From positions 1 to 64,000 of IMG/VR virus record IMGVR_UViG_3300032224_000591: DNA of 64,000 bases. One strand, given 5' to 3'. The DNA comes from a virus. The translations under genes were made by a program, and so were the position numbers. The first letter of the stretch is position 1. Every line of letters starts with the position of its first letter. Positions 55,775 to 64,000 of this stretch are shown here, in pieces. The notes beneath the pieces were generated by a model. It was not told the origin of the DNA. It saw nothing but the letters and a program-made list of their open reading frames with translations, and ran no database searches.

Positions 55775-58700
55775 ATGGCTAATAACGTATTTCAAGTAAA
55801 GAGAACGTCTGTAGCTGGCCGTACGCCAAATACGACATCCTCCTACGCTACAAATTCTCAGTATATTGCAGCCGGCGAGCTCGCCCTCAATATGACCGAT
55901 CAGATTCTCTATACATCTGATGGTACTAATATTATTTCAGTTGGCGCTAACATAGCAAACCAACGTATCACAAATTCTCTTACACTTAACAATAACGTAA
56001 AAATCAATTGGCGCGATGTTTATGGTGCTAACGTATCATTAGTTCATCAGAGTGATGATAACTCTGTATTCTATTCAACAAACGTAGCGCATCAACCAAG
56101 AGCTATTTGGTCGGTATTTGCTAACAGTGATACTAGTGCATTTACTATATCAGCACCAACACAATTTAATTCTAATGCTACATATAATGGCACAAACATT
56201 ATCCTTAGTGGTAGTGCTGGTATTGTGGCTAACGGTTCTTTAGGTTCAAATGGTTGGGTATTAACATCAAATGGTACGTCTGCATATTGGATCAGTGCCG
56301 GCGCAAGTTCGACTGATGTTACTGCAAACTTTGTTTGGCAGAACTCACATACATTTCAGAAACAAGTAGTATTTACCGGTAATGGTATTAGTCTTACAAG
56401 TAATACCGGTGGTGTAAACTATAATGGTAATACAGACACTAACTGGAGAATGGGTCGTAATACAGGTCTTACTACTAAGTTTTACTACAGCAATAATACT
56501 ATGGATATTATTGCTGGTGGATCAAATCTTGAAGGTATAGTATTTGGTCAGTCTAGTGGTAATACCTATCTAGAAACCGGTTATGCTGGAACATTCACAA
56601 AGAATCCAATTTATGTTGGTAACGCAACTGTAAACGTATCTATCAACTCTACATCATTTACTGGTACAGCAAACAACGCTACTAATCTTGGCGGTGTTGC
56701 GGCTGCATCATATGTTAATACTTCTGGTAACTATACTGTTTCAGGTAATATTAACTTCACCGGTGCAAACGTATATTACACATCAACATTATATGCTGCT
56801 GGGCAGGTTGTTATTGGTGCAGCTGGTGACCTTATTCTAGCTAATGGTTCAGGTATTCAGGCCAATGGCACATGGGGTGCTGCCGGTTATGCGCTGATGA
56901 CCGATGGTAGTGGTAATGATTACTGGGGAAATCCAGCAACAAATACCTCTGCACAGTATACTTGGTCTAATACACAAACGTTTAGTAATACGATTACATT
57001 TAGTGGTTCATTACTAGGCTCTACTATAAATGCTACATCATATACTACCGGCAACGTTACAACGGGTACTGGTGGTGCCGTTCTTAATACATCAGTATTG
57101 TTTATTGGTAATAATACTGTAAATGCTACATTTACTACATCTGGTGTAACTGTAGGAACATATTGGGTCACAAACTCAACTGGTGTATATCATACTGGTC
57201 TAGTAAATGCTGCATCGTATAACATAGGCTCAACCCTAATAGCTAATACTACCGGTGTATATCATACTGGTCTAGTAAATGCTGCATCGTATAATACGGG
57301 TGGTGGTTATGGCACAGTAACTGGCGGCTCTGTTGTCAATAGTTCAGTTATTGCTGTAGGTAATAGTACAGTAAACACAATTATCAATGCTACATCATTC
57401 AGTGGTGTTGCCAATAATGCTTCCAATCTTGATGGTGTTCCTGCATCAAACTATGTCAATACTAGTGGTGCATATACAATTAGTGGTGTGCATACACATA
57501 CTGCAAACATCTATGCTAACTCTGCATTGTTCTTTGCTAATGCTATAGCACACTCAGTCACAACTGGTGCAACTGCTAACGGCACTACTCAGGCTACAGC
57601 ATATCCTATTGTTACAACTGCAGTTCAATTCACAACTGTAGCAGCCGGTTCCGGGGCTATTCTTCCAACCGCTGTTCCTGGTCAACGTCTATTCATTGCT
57701 AATGATGGAGCGAATCAGCTTCTTCTATATCCAGCTGTTGGTGGTTTAATTGACCAGGCTGCAGTAAATGCGGCTATTACTATTGCCGCCGGCGGTATGT
57801 GGGAGGGTCATTCACTCACAACTGTCAACTGGACATCTATCTCTCCTGATACTCAGGGTTCAAACGGTGTTGTAGTTACGCAGGGCAATGGCGTAGTAAT
57901 GCTGACGGTAAACGCAGCTTACATCAATACTATATCAGCAAACAATGCTGCATATCTTGGTGGTACAGCTGCAGCATCATACCAGCTTAACTCAACACTT
58001 AATGCTAACATTGCTTCTTATCTTCCATTGTATAACGGTGTTGTTAACACATCATCAGTAACTATGGGCAATGCGTCAGTTGGATTTACCGGTAATACGA
58101 CTGGCCTTTATCATACCGGTATTGTAAATGCCGCTACATTTACTACAACTGGTGCTGCAAATGTTGGTTCACTAAACGTCAGTGGTAATGCTAGCATCAC
58201 TGGTAGTATGACTATCAGTGGTAACCTAACAATTAGTGGTAACAGTGTTAGCATCGGCGCTAACAACCTAATTGTTCAGGATGCTGTGATCAGTCTTCAT
58301 ACATACGCTAACCTTGCACCATGGACTGTGAACGATGGTAAAGCAGTCGGTGTAGCTTTCCATTACTTTGATACAGCTGATAAGCAAGGTCTACTTTCAG
58401 TCACCCAGTCAAACGGGGTACTTACCTACTATAGCACATCAACCGATGCTGCTGTTGCTGATCCAGTAGGCAATACTCTTGGAACGTTCCAGGCTGGTGT
58501 CTTGCTTGCAGGTAACTCGACTGTATATACTACTGTTAATGCTACTAACTATACCGGCACATCTAATAACGCGTTGTATCTTGGTGGTACAGCTGCAGCG
58601 TCATACGCACTAAAAGCAGATGTGCACTATATTGGCACAACTTCCGTAGCACTTAATAGAGCGTCAGCTGCATTATCATTAACTGGTGTTTCTATTGATG

Positions 58701-59227
58701 GTACTGCAAACAATAGTACTTATTTTAATAGTCAAGCCGCAACATACTATACGAATGCTACTAACATTACAACTGGTGTCCTTCCATGGGCACAAGCACC
58801 AACAAACACTGTTAATACAAGTGGTGCATTTACTATTACCGGTGTACACACCCATAGTGCTAATGTTAGTGTCACCGGCACGAGTAAGTTTACCGGTGTA
58901 GTCGACGCCGCATCAGCTAATACACTTAACCAGACACTAACTGATGGTGTTACAATCACGTGGGATACTTCACTTGGTCAGATTGGTACTGTAACACTTG
59001 CTGGTAATAGGACTATGGCTGCGCCGACAAATCTTAAGGTGACTACATACATCCTCCACGTTCTACAGGATGCAACAGGCGGCCGAACAATAACATGGAA
59101 CTCAGTGTTTAAGTGGACCGCAGGCGCAGCTCCAGTTCTTTCTACTGGCGCTGGCAAACGAGATGTGTTCTCATTCATCAGTGATGGTACTAATCTTTAT
59201 GGATCTTACTTGCCTGACGTCAGATAA
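55775..59227 (+). CDS. long tail fibre protein
   Basis: FQVKRTSVAGRTP...GELALN N-terminus; internal repeats; shared C-terminal domain. Confidence 0.8.
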   Translation: MANNVFQVKRTSVAGRTPNTTSSYATNSQYIAAGELALNMTDQILYTSDGTNIISVGANIANQRITNSLTLNNNVKINWRDVYGANVSLVHQSDDNSVFYSTNVAHQPRAIWSVFANSDTSAFTISAPTQFNSNATYNGTNIILSGSAGIVANGSLGSNGWVLTSNGTSAYWISAGASSTDVTANFVWQNSHTFQKQVVFTGNGISLTSNTGGVNYNGNTDTNWRMGRNTGLTTKFYYSNNTMDIIAGGSNLEGIVFGQSSGNTYLETGYAGTFTKNPIYVGNATVNVSINSTSFTGTANNATNLGGVAAASYVNTSGNYTVSGNINFTGANVYYTSTLYAAGQVVIGAAGDLILANGSGIQANGTWGAAGYALMTDGSGNDYWGNPATNTSAQYTWSNTQTFSNTITFSGSLLGSTINATSYTTGNVTTGTGGAVLNTSVLFIGNNTVNATFTTSGVTVGTYWVTNSTGVYHTGLVNAASYNIGSTLIANTTGVYHTGLVNAASYNTGGGYGTVTGGSVVNSSVIAVGNSTVNTIINATSFSGVANNASNLDGVPASNYVNTSGAYTISGVHTHTANIYANSALFFANAIAHSVTTGATANGTTQATAYPIVTTAVQFTTVAAGSGAILPTAVPGQRLFIANDGANQLLLYPAVGGLIDQAAVNAAITIAAGGMWEGHSLTTVNWTSISPDTQGSNGVVVTQGNGVVMLTVNAAYINTISANNAAYLGGTAAASYQLNSTLNANIASYLPLYNGVVNTSSVTMGNASVGFTGNTTGLYHTGIVNAATFTTTGAANVGSLNVSGNASITGSMTISGNLTISGNSVSIGANNLIVQDAVISLHTYANLAPWTVNDGKAVGVAFHYFDTADKQGLLSVTQSNGVLTYYSTSTDAAVADPVGNTLGTFQAGVLLAGNSTVYTTVNATNYTGTSNNALYLGGTAAASYALKADVHYIGTTSVALNRASAALSLTGVSIDGTANNSTYFNSQAATYYTNATNITTGVLPWAQAPTNTVNTSGAFTITGVHTHSANVSVTGTSKFTGVVDAASANTLNQTLTDGVTITWDTSLGQIGTVTLAGNRTMAAPTNLKVTTYILHVLQDATGGRTITWNSVFKWTAGAAPVLSTGAGKRDVFSFISDGTNLYGSYLPDVR

Positions 59228-59260
59228 ATAGATTAAAATGGCAACAGGGGAGAGTGAACC

Positions 59261-59740
59261 GTGCCAGATTCAAGTTTTGTAGTTAAGAATACACTAAGTG
59301 TTAATGGTGCCTTTACGGCCAATTCTACTTCATTGGCGTTTGGTAATACTACCATCTCACCAAACGGATATATTTCTGCTGCATCTGGTGCAACATTAAC
59401 ATTTACCGGATCGGTGAGCACAGCTCAAGCAAATATCATTTCACAGACTCTGACTGATGGTGCTACCATTGATTGGAATGTGGCTAATGGTCAAATTGCA
59501 TATCTTACACTAGGTGGCAATCGAACGATCAATGCGCCTAGTAATATCAAGGTTGGTACGTACATTCTTCATATCAATCAGGATGGTACCGGCAATAGAA
59601 CACTGACATGGAATGCCATTTATAAATGGACTGCTGGCGTTGCACCGGTTCTATCAACATCTGCTAATAGAAAAGATATTTTCACCTTCATGAGTGATGG
59701 TACGTACATGTATGGATCCTATCTTCCGGATGTAAGGTAA
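59261..59740 (+). CDS. short protein consisting mostly of the fibre C-terminal domain
   Basis: About 100 aa highly similar to the 55775 C-terminus, same YGSYLPDVR end. Confidence 0.75.
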   Translation: MPDSSFVVKNTLSVNGAFTANSTSLAFGNTTISPNGYISAASGATLTFTGSVSTAQANIISQTLTDGATIDWNVANGQIAYLTLGGNRTINAPSNIKVGTYILHINQDGTGNRTLTWNAIYKWTAGVAPVLSTSANRKDIFTFMSDGTYMYGSYLPDVR

Positions 59741-59744
59741 AAAG

Positions 59745-61313
59745 ATGTTTGTAGCGTTTCTACCACGCCCAACTCAGGTTGTCACAATCTCATCTGCGGC
59801 AAACAACATCAACCTGTTCACGCAGGCTAGTAGTCCGCCGTATCCATTGAATCTACTCTGCTTTATCAATGCTGCAGTCGGCTCAACATCAAACACAACA
59901 CCTGCGTTCAGAACTGGTACCGGTTGGGTACCAGGCACATTCCTTTATATTCAAAATTCAAATACAGTTACTGGTGGCGCCGGCCCAACAGGAAGCACTG
60001 GAAGCACAGGAACACCTGGTACAACTGGCTCGACAGGAACTACTGGGCCCGCTGGAACACCTGGTGGAACTGGAACGACTGGAGCAACAGGAAGCACCGG
60101 TCCAGCAGGTGGTGGTGGCGCAGGTGGAGCACAGGGTGGGCACGGAGCAGGCGGCCGTGGTGGTAATGGCGGCGCTAACTATCTAGCAGGTGATGGTGGT
60201 TCCGCAGGAAGTTATGGTGCTACAGGAAATCCAGGTGGCCCTGGCGGAAATGGTACACCTGGTGGAACAGGTGGCACTGGCGGTACTGGCGGAAATGGAA
60301 CTAATGGAACAGCTGGTGGCCCCGGTGGAACAGGTGGCACTGGCGGTACTGGTGGAACAGGTGGTGCCGGCGGCAGCGGTGGTATCGCGCTTCAGGCTGA
60401 CACAGTCACTGGTCTTATCACAGTTGTAAATAATACAACTACAATTAGCGGCGGAACGGCGGGCCCCGGTGGTGCTGGCGGGACTGGCGGGCCAGGTGGC
60501 CCGGGCGGAGTAGGTGGTCCTGGCGGTGCGGGCGGTAATGCTGGGCCTGGCGGGCCTGGTGGTCCTGGCGGACCCGGTGGTGCCGGCGGGGCGGGTGGTC
60601 CTGGAGGAATTGGTGGTTACGGCGGTGGCGGCGGCGGTGGCGGCGGCGGATCCGGATTTTATGCACCAGGTGTTCGATTTGCGCCTACTAGTGCACTAAC
60701 TTATGTCCACGGTGCAGCAGGCGGTGGAGGTGGCGGAAGCTATGGTTCAGTTGGTGCTGGCGGTGATGGTGGTTGGACTTACTCACCAGCGTACTATTCA
60801 CCTGCAGGTAAAGCCGATCCGCCTAACTTGAATCCAGCATTTAACGTATTTGCTTACGGAGGTGCTGCAGGATCTGGTGCATCCGGTGGTTCAGGTGGTG
60901 GTGCCTGGTACGGTGGTGGTGCTGGTGGTCGGGGCGGAGACGCACAAAATTCTGGAGCAGCAGGAAATGCTGGTACTGGTCATCCAGTTTATGCGCCAGG
61001 TGGTAAAGCGGATCCGCCTTATATCTCATATTATGATACATATTGGGGCGGTGGTGCAGGTGGAGCAGCCGGTGGTCAGGGTGGATCAGGATCAACTGGG
61101 CCAGCAGGAACGCCAGGAAGTACTGGACCACAGGGCGCGACTGGCGCAGCCGGTAGTGCGGGATCGCCTGGAGCAACTGGCCCAACAGGGCCAACCGGAG
61201 CGACTGGGCCAACAGGGGCAACAGGAACACCGGGTTCACAAGGACCAGCTATATCAGGTACAGCAAATATTACTTGGATAAACAATGGTACAAGAAACGG
61301 ACCAATAGGATAA
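59745..61313 (+). CDS. Gly-rich gp38-like adhesin with collagen/polyglycine repeats
   Basis: N- and C-termini resemble T-even gp38 (..[23 protein letters not shown]); GXX repeats and aromatic loops. Confidence 0.6.
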   Translation: MFVAFLPRPTQVVTISSAANNINLFTQASSPPYPLNLLCFINAAVGSTSNTTPAFRTGTGWVPGTFLYIQNSNTVTGGAGPTGSTGSTGTPGTTGSTGTTGPAGTPGGTGTTGATGSTGPAGGGGAGGAQGGHGAGGRGGNGGANYLAGDGGSAGSYGATGNPGGPGGNGTPGGTGGTGGTGGNGTNGTAGGPGGTGGTGGTGGTGGAGGSGGIALQADTVTGLITVVNNTTTISGGTAGPGGAGGTGGPGGPGGVGGPGGAGGNAGPGGPGGPGGPGGAGGAGGPGGIGGYGGGGGGGGGGSGFYAPGVRFAPTSALTYVHGAAGGGGGGSYGSVGAGGDGGWTYSPAYYSPAGKADPPNLNPAFNVFAYGGAAGSGASGGSGGGAWYGGGAGGRGGDAQNSGAAGNAGTGHPVYAPGGKADPPYISYYDTYWGGGAGGAAGGQGGSGSTGPAGTPGSTGPQGATGAAGSAGSPGATGPTGPTGATGPTGATGTPGSQGPAISGTANITWINNGTRNGPIG

Positions 61314-61317
61314 AGAC

Positions 61318-61785
61318 ATGGACATTCATTACAAGATTCTAGAAGTAAACCCAAATGAACATGCGATTGTCGTTAGATATTTCAGTGATGTTCTTAGTGA
61401 GGAACAGCTAGTTATAAACGCCGAAGATCCTAATCGTAGAGATGATGGAAGCCCATGGCGTTGTCGCACAGACTATAATTTGAACTTACCGGTACCTGCT
61501 CCAGTAGGAGAGGAACTTCATAAATTTATTGTGATGTCAGCACCAATCGGCTGGTTTGATATGCAGCATAAAGTTGTAAATCCGGACATCGATACTTCGC
61601 TATCACATATCACTGAGTTAGTTGATCAACATATTACTATAACAGGTGAAGACATTTTTAAGGCCTTTAATGTTGAAGTATCTACAAATGAATTAACTGG
61701 ACTATACGAAGAGCCTACTGGACCAATGACAGAAGACGATATTGTAGAACTTTTGAAAAAGGCAGCCGCTGGACAAGTAGGCTAA
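61318..61785 (+). CDS. hypothetical protein (possible fibre chaperone)
   Basis: 155-aa ORF directly after the adhesin. Confidence 0.6.
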   Translation: MDIHYKILEVNPNEHAIVVRYFSDVLSEEQLVINAEDPNRRDDGSPWRCRTDYNLNLPVPAPVGEELHKFIVMSAPIGWFDMQHKVVNPDIDTSLSHITELVDQHITITGEDIFKAFNVEVSTNELTGLYEEPTGPMTEDDIVELLKKAAAGQVG

Positions 61786-61788
61786 TAA

Positions 61789-62859
61789 ATGGCATCTGGT
61801 CTTAAGCTAGGTAAGAATATTTTTTATTATGATGAGCATAATAACGTCTATGATAACAGACACGCTTTATTTGCTAATAGTAATGCAAAAGTAAAGAGAT
61901 TCTACTACTACGATAGAGAGTTCGATAAGGTTGACTGGAGAAAAGAACCTCCAGAAGATCTATGGACTCTCTATTCTAAAAGAGCACAACAGATCAGAGA
62001 TGATTATGAATATGTTGTGTTATGTTACTCTGGTGGTATAGACTCTACTACAATACTTGAAGCCTTTTACTACAACAATATTCATATTGATGAGATATTA
62101 GTAGTAGGTGCATTCTCTCAGGATAAGTTTGAAGGTGATGACACCAATCATAATGGTGACATCTACTACAATGTCTATCCTACGCTGAAGACAATGGATC
62201 TTCCAAACACTAAAATTACCATTAAAGACTACACTGATTATTTTGTAGATCCTAATAACTTTAGTCTAATCAAAGAATATGGTGATGACTTTAGTAAATT
62301 CTTAGGTTCATATACTAGTGTACACAATCTATTCTGGTATGACTTAAAGAAATTCATATCACTACCAGATAAGAAGGCTTGTTATATTATGGGGTCTGAT
62401 AAACCTAGACTAGCATTTCATTATGAAAATAGAAAATTCTTTACTCAGATAAATGACAATGCTGTAACTGACTATGGTGCAGCTATGTTTGATGATAACT
62501 TTACTAGGGTCAATTTCTATACACATCCAGATGCCCAAGAGATCATGCGTAAGCAGCTTCATATGATGATGCATTATTATATGCAGCAGGTCCTAGCAAC
62601 TCAACGGATGACTCATGATGATTATGATAAACACTATATAGCTATAGCAGATGCAATAATATATAACCTTAGAAATCCTCTGCAATTTAAGTCAAAGAAG
62701 TCTTCAATTGCATGCTTAAGTATAAGGGATACGTTTATACTAGATAAGCAAGACTCTAAAATGTTTCAGTTATATAAAGATTCATTGACTAGGATAGATA
62801 AAAAAGTAGCTATACCTAGAACTGGATTTAGGACTAAAGCATATTACATCACGGAATGA
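61789..62859 (+). CDS. PP-loop superfamily protein, paralogue of 17083-18204
   Basis: RAQQIRDDYEYVVLCYSGGIDS, GSDKP and SIRD motifs shared with the 17083 protein. Confidence 0.7.
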   Translation: MASGLKLGKNIFYYDEHNNVYDNRHALFANSNAKVKRFYYYDREFDKVDWRKEPPEDLWTLYSKRAQQIRDDYEYVVLCYSGGIDSTTILEAFYYNNIHIDEILVVGAFSQDKFEGDDTNHNGDIYYNVYPTLKTMDLPNTKITIKDYTDYFVDPNNFSLIKEYGDDFSKFLGSYTSVHNLFWYDLKKFISLPDKKACYIMGSDKPRLAFHYENRKFFTQINDNAVTDYGAAMFDDNFTRVNFYTHPDAQEIMRKQLHMMMHYYMQQVLATQRMTHDDYDKHYIAIADAIIYNLRNPLQFKSKKSSIACLSIRDTFILDKQDSKMFQLYKDSLTRIDKKVAIPRTGFRTKAYYITE

Positions 62860-62862
62860 GTT

Positions 62863-63330
62863 ATGGATTATCTTTTCTATTTCCTTTTATGGACATTCAT
62901 GATATATTGGATGCATAGGTTAGTACATGTGGTTCCCTACGTAAGTAAGATCCATGGTGACCATCATGCCCAAGTATCACAGGAGACGATCCGTGGACTT
63001 CACTGGACGAACCTGTTTCTATTCTTTGATAGCTGGAAGAGTACTGCAGACCAATGGATCACTGAAGTTATTCCAACATTCATCTTGTGTTATATTACTG
63101 GACAGTGGTGGTTAATGATTTCTTACTATATCTGGGCAGCACTGATCCAAGAGTCTATTGAACACAATGAGAAGTTTGACTTGTACCCATTCATCACCAG
63201 TGGTAGATGGCATTTAATTCATCATAGAGATCCTAATTCAAACTATGGTGTATTCTTTCCTATTTGGGATGTATTATTTGGAACTTGGAAGGGAATAGAT
63301 GGCAACGTACAAAAATTGGTTCAGAAGTAA
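62863..63330 (+). CDS. sterol desaturase / fatty-acid hydroxylase family membrane di-iron enzyme
   Basis: His boxes YWMHRLVH, HGDHH, EH, WHLIHH and NYG...WD.LFGT. Confidence 0.85.
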   Translation: MDYLFYFLLWTFMIYWMHRLVHVVPYVSKIHGDHHAQVSQETIRGLHWTNLFLFFDSWKSTADQWITEVIPTFILCYITGQWWLMISYYIWAALIQESIEHNEKFDLYPFITSGRWHLIHHRDPNSNYGVFFPIWDVLFGTWKGIDGNVQKLVQK

Positions 63331-64000
63331 TATCAGTGCGCGGACAGATCAAGCGTTTGACCTTGATGTTACTATAAAGAAGATTGATCAGTGGAACCTT
63401 GATACTCCATGGGATAAAGCTTCTGAGAACGTAGTAAAGCTTATAACTGACCTTGATAAGCCGATCTTTATTGGTTTAAGCGGTGGTATAGATTCAGAAT
63501 ATGTGTGTACTGTATTTGAAGAGGCTGAAGTCGATTATACTCCTGTACTCATTAGAACACAAGGTAATAAAGCCGAGTTAGAATATGCTTATAGCTTCTT
63601 AGGTAGATGGGGCCGATATGATAAGGCAGTAATAGTTGACAAGAAGAATGTCGACATGCTATCTACCTACTACTATAAATTACTTACCGGCTGTTTTGGT
63701 TATGGTTATAATTCTGTAGCAACGTATATGGTCGGTGAGTATGCAAAACAGAATGATGGTATATATGTTATGGCTGAACACCTGATTGATGATTATGATA
63801 CAGGTGGGTTTAAGGTAGGTTGTAATGAGTGGGACTTCTATAATGACTTGCTTTTAGGTGAGGACAATACACACTACTTCTTCAACTATACACCTGAGAT
63901 TAGTGCTGCTATGATTAGAGAATTCCCTGATTATAGTGATATACAGAAGTCTAAAGCAGAGTTCTATGGTCTAAAGTATAGACTAAAGATGCACTATGAA
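63299..64000 (+). CDS. PP-loop superfamily protein, truncated by window end (MATYKNWFRS...IFIGLSGGIDSEYVC...)
   Basis: Translated by hand from ATG at 63299; SGGIDS motif; absent from the ORF track, consistent with no stop before the window end. Confidence 0.7.
   Translation, partial: MATYKNWFRSNISARTDQAFDLDVTIKKIDQWNLDTPWDKASENVVKLITDLDKPIFIGLSGGIDSEYVCTVFEEAEVDYTPVLIRTQGNKAELEYAYSFLGRWGRYDKAVIVDKKNVDMLSTYYYKLLTGCFGYGYNSVATYMVGEYAKQNDGIYVMAEHLIDDYDTGGFKVGCNEWDFYNDLLLGEDNTHYFFNYTPEISAAMIREFPDYSDIQKSKAEFYGLKYRLKMHYE

Noticed and set aside
57178-57293. 44-nt near-perfect direct repeat with 72-nt period
   Set aside because: In-frame 24-aa fibre repeat, explained by the protein
58916-59740. Duplicated fibre C-terminus as a DGR template/variable repeat pair
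   Set aside because: Differences are spread over all bases and often synonymous, not adenine-specific; no reverse transcriptase in the window
59869-61354. Multiple alternative-frame ORFs over the Gly-rich gene
   Set aside because: Low-complexity GC-rich repeats lack stop codons in other frames
1-64000. Stop-codon reassignment or introns
   Set aside because: Core genes are full length in the standard code and TAG, TGA and TAA all terminate genes; no intron or homing endonuclease recognised

Overview
A 64-kb segment of a large T4-like myovirus. It probably infects an alphaproteobacterium of the Hyphomicrobiales/Rhizobiales, judging from an alpha-type permuted tmRNA and an Omp2/RopA-type porin. 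In order the window contains: (i) a sugar-nucleotide cluster (two methyltransferases, a cytidylyltransferase-family protein, GmhA, GmhB, transaldolase, a glycosyltransferase, HddA kinase); (ii) T4 core genes rnh, phoH and an exonuclease; (iii) an early region of small genes, each driven by a TGTAC-N-N17-TATAAT promoter, three with an upstream TGTGAC-N6-GTCACA palindrome at fixed spacing; (iv) a two-piece permuted tmRNA whose intervening segment holds an unannotated 32-codon ORF, then tRNA-Arg(UCU), a porin, a PP-loop protein, a DUF2061-like protein and a radical SAM protein; (v) gp33, gp59 and gp32; (vi) a minus-strand late block (gp4, gp2, gp54, gp26, gp51, two tape-measure/hub-like proteins with muralytic domains, holin), in which gp51 has no start codon and appears reachable only by a -1 frameshift from gp26; (vii) a plus-strand baseplate/tail-fibre block (gp48, gp53, gp27-like, split gp5, PAAR, gp25, gp6, gp7, gp9/10-like, gp8, split VrlC-like, fibres, gp38-like adhesin) rich in N-X-S/T sequons; (viii) two more PP-loop proteins and a desaturase/hydroxylase. 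All calls come from motif and synteny recognition by eye; no searches were run.
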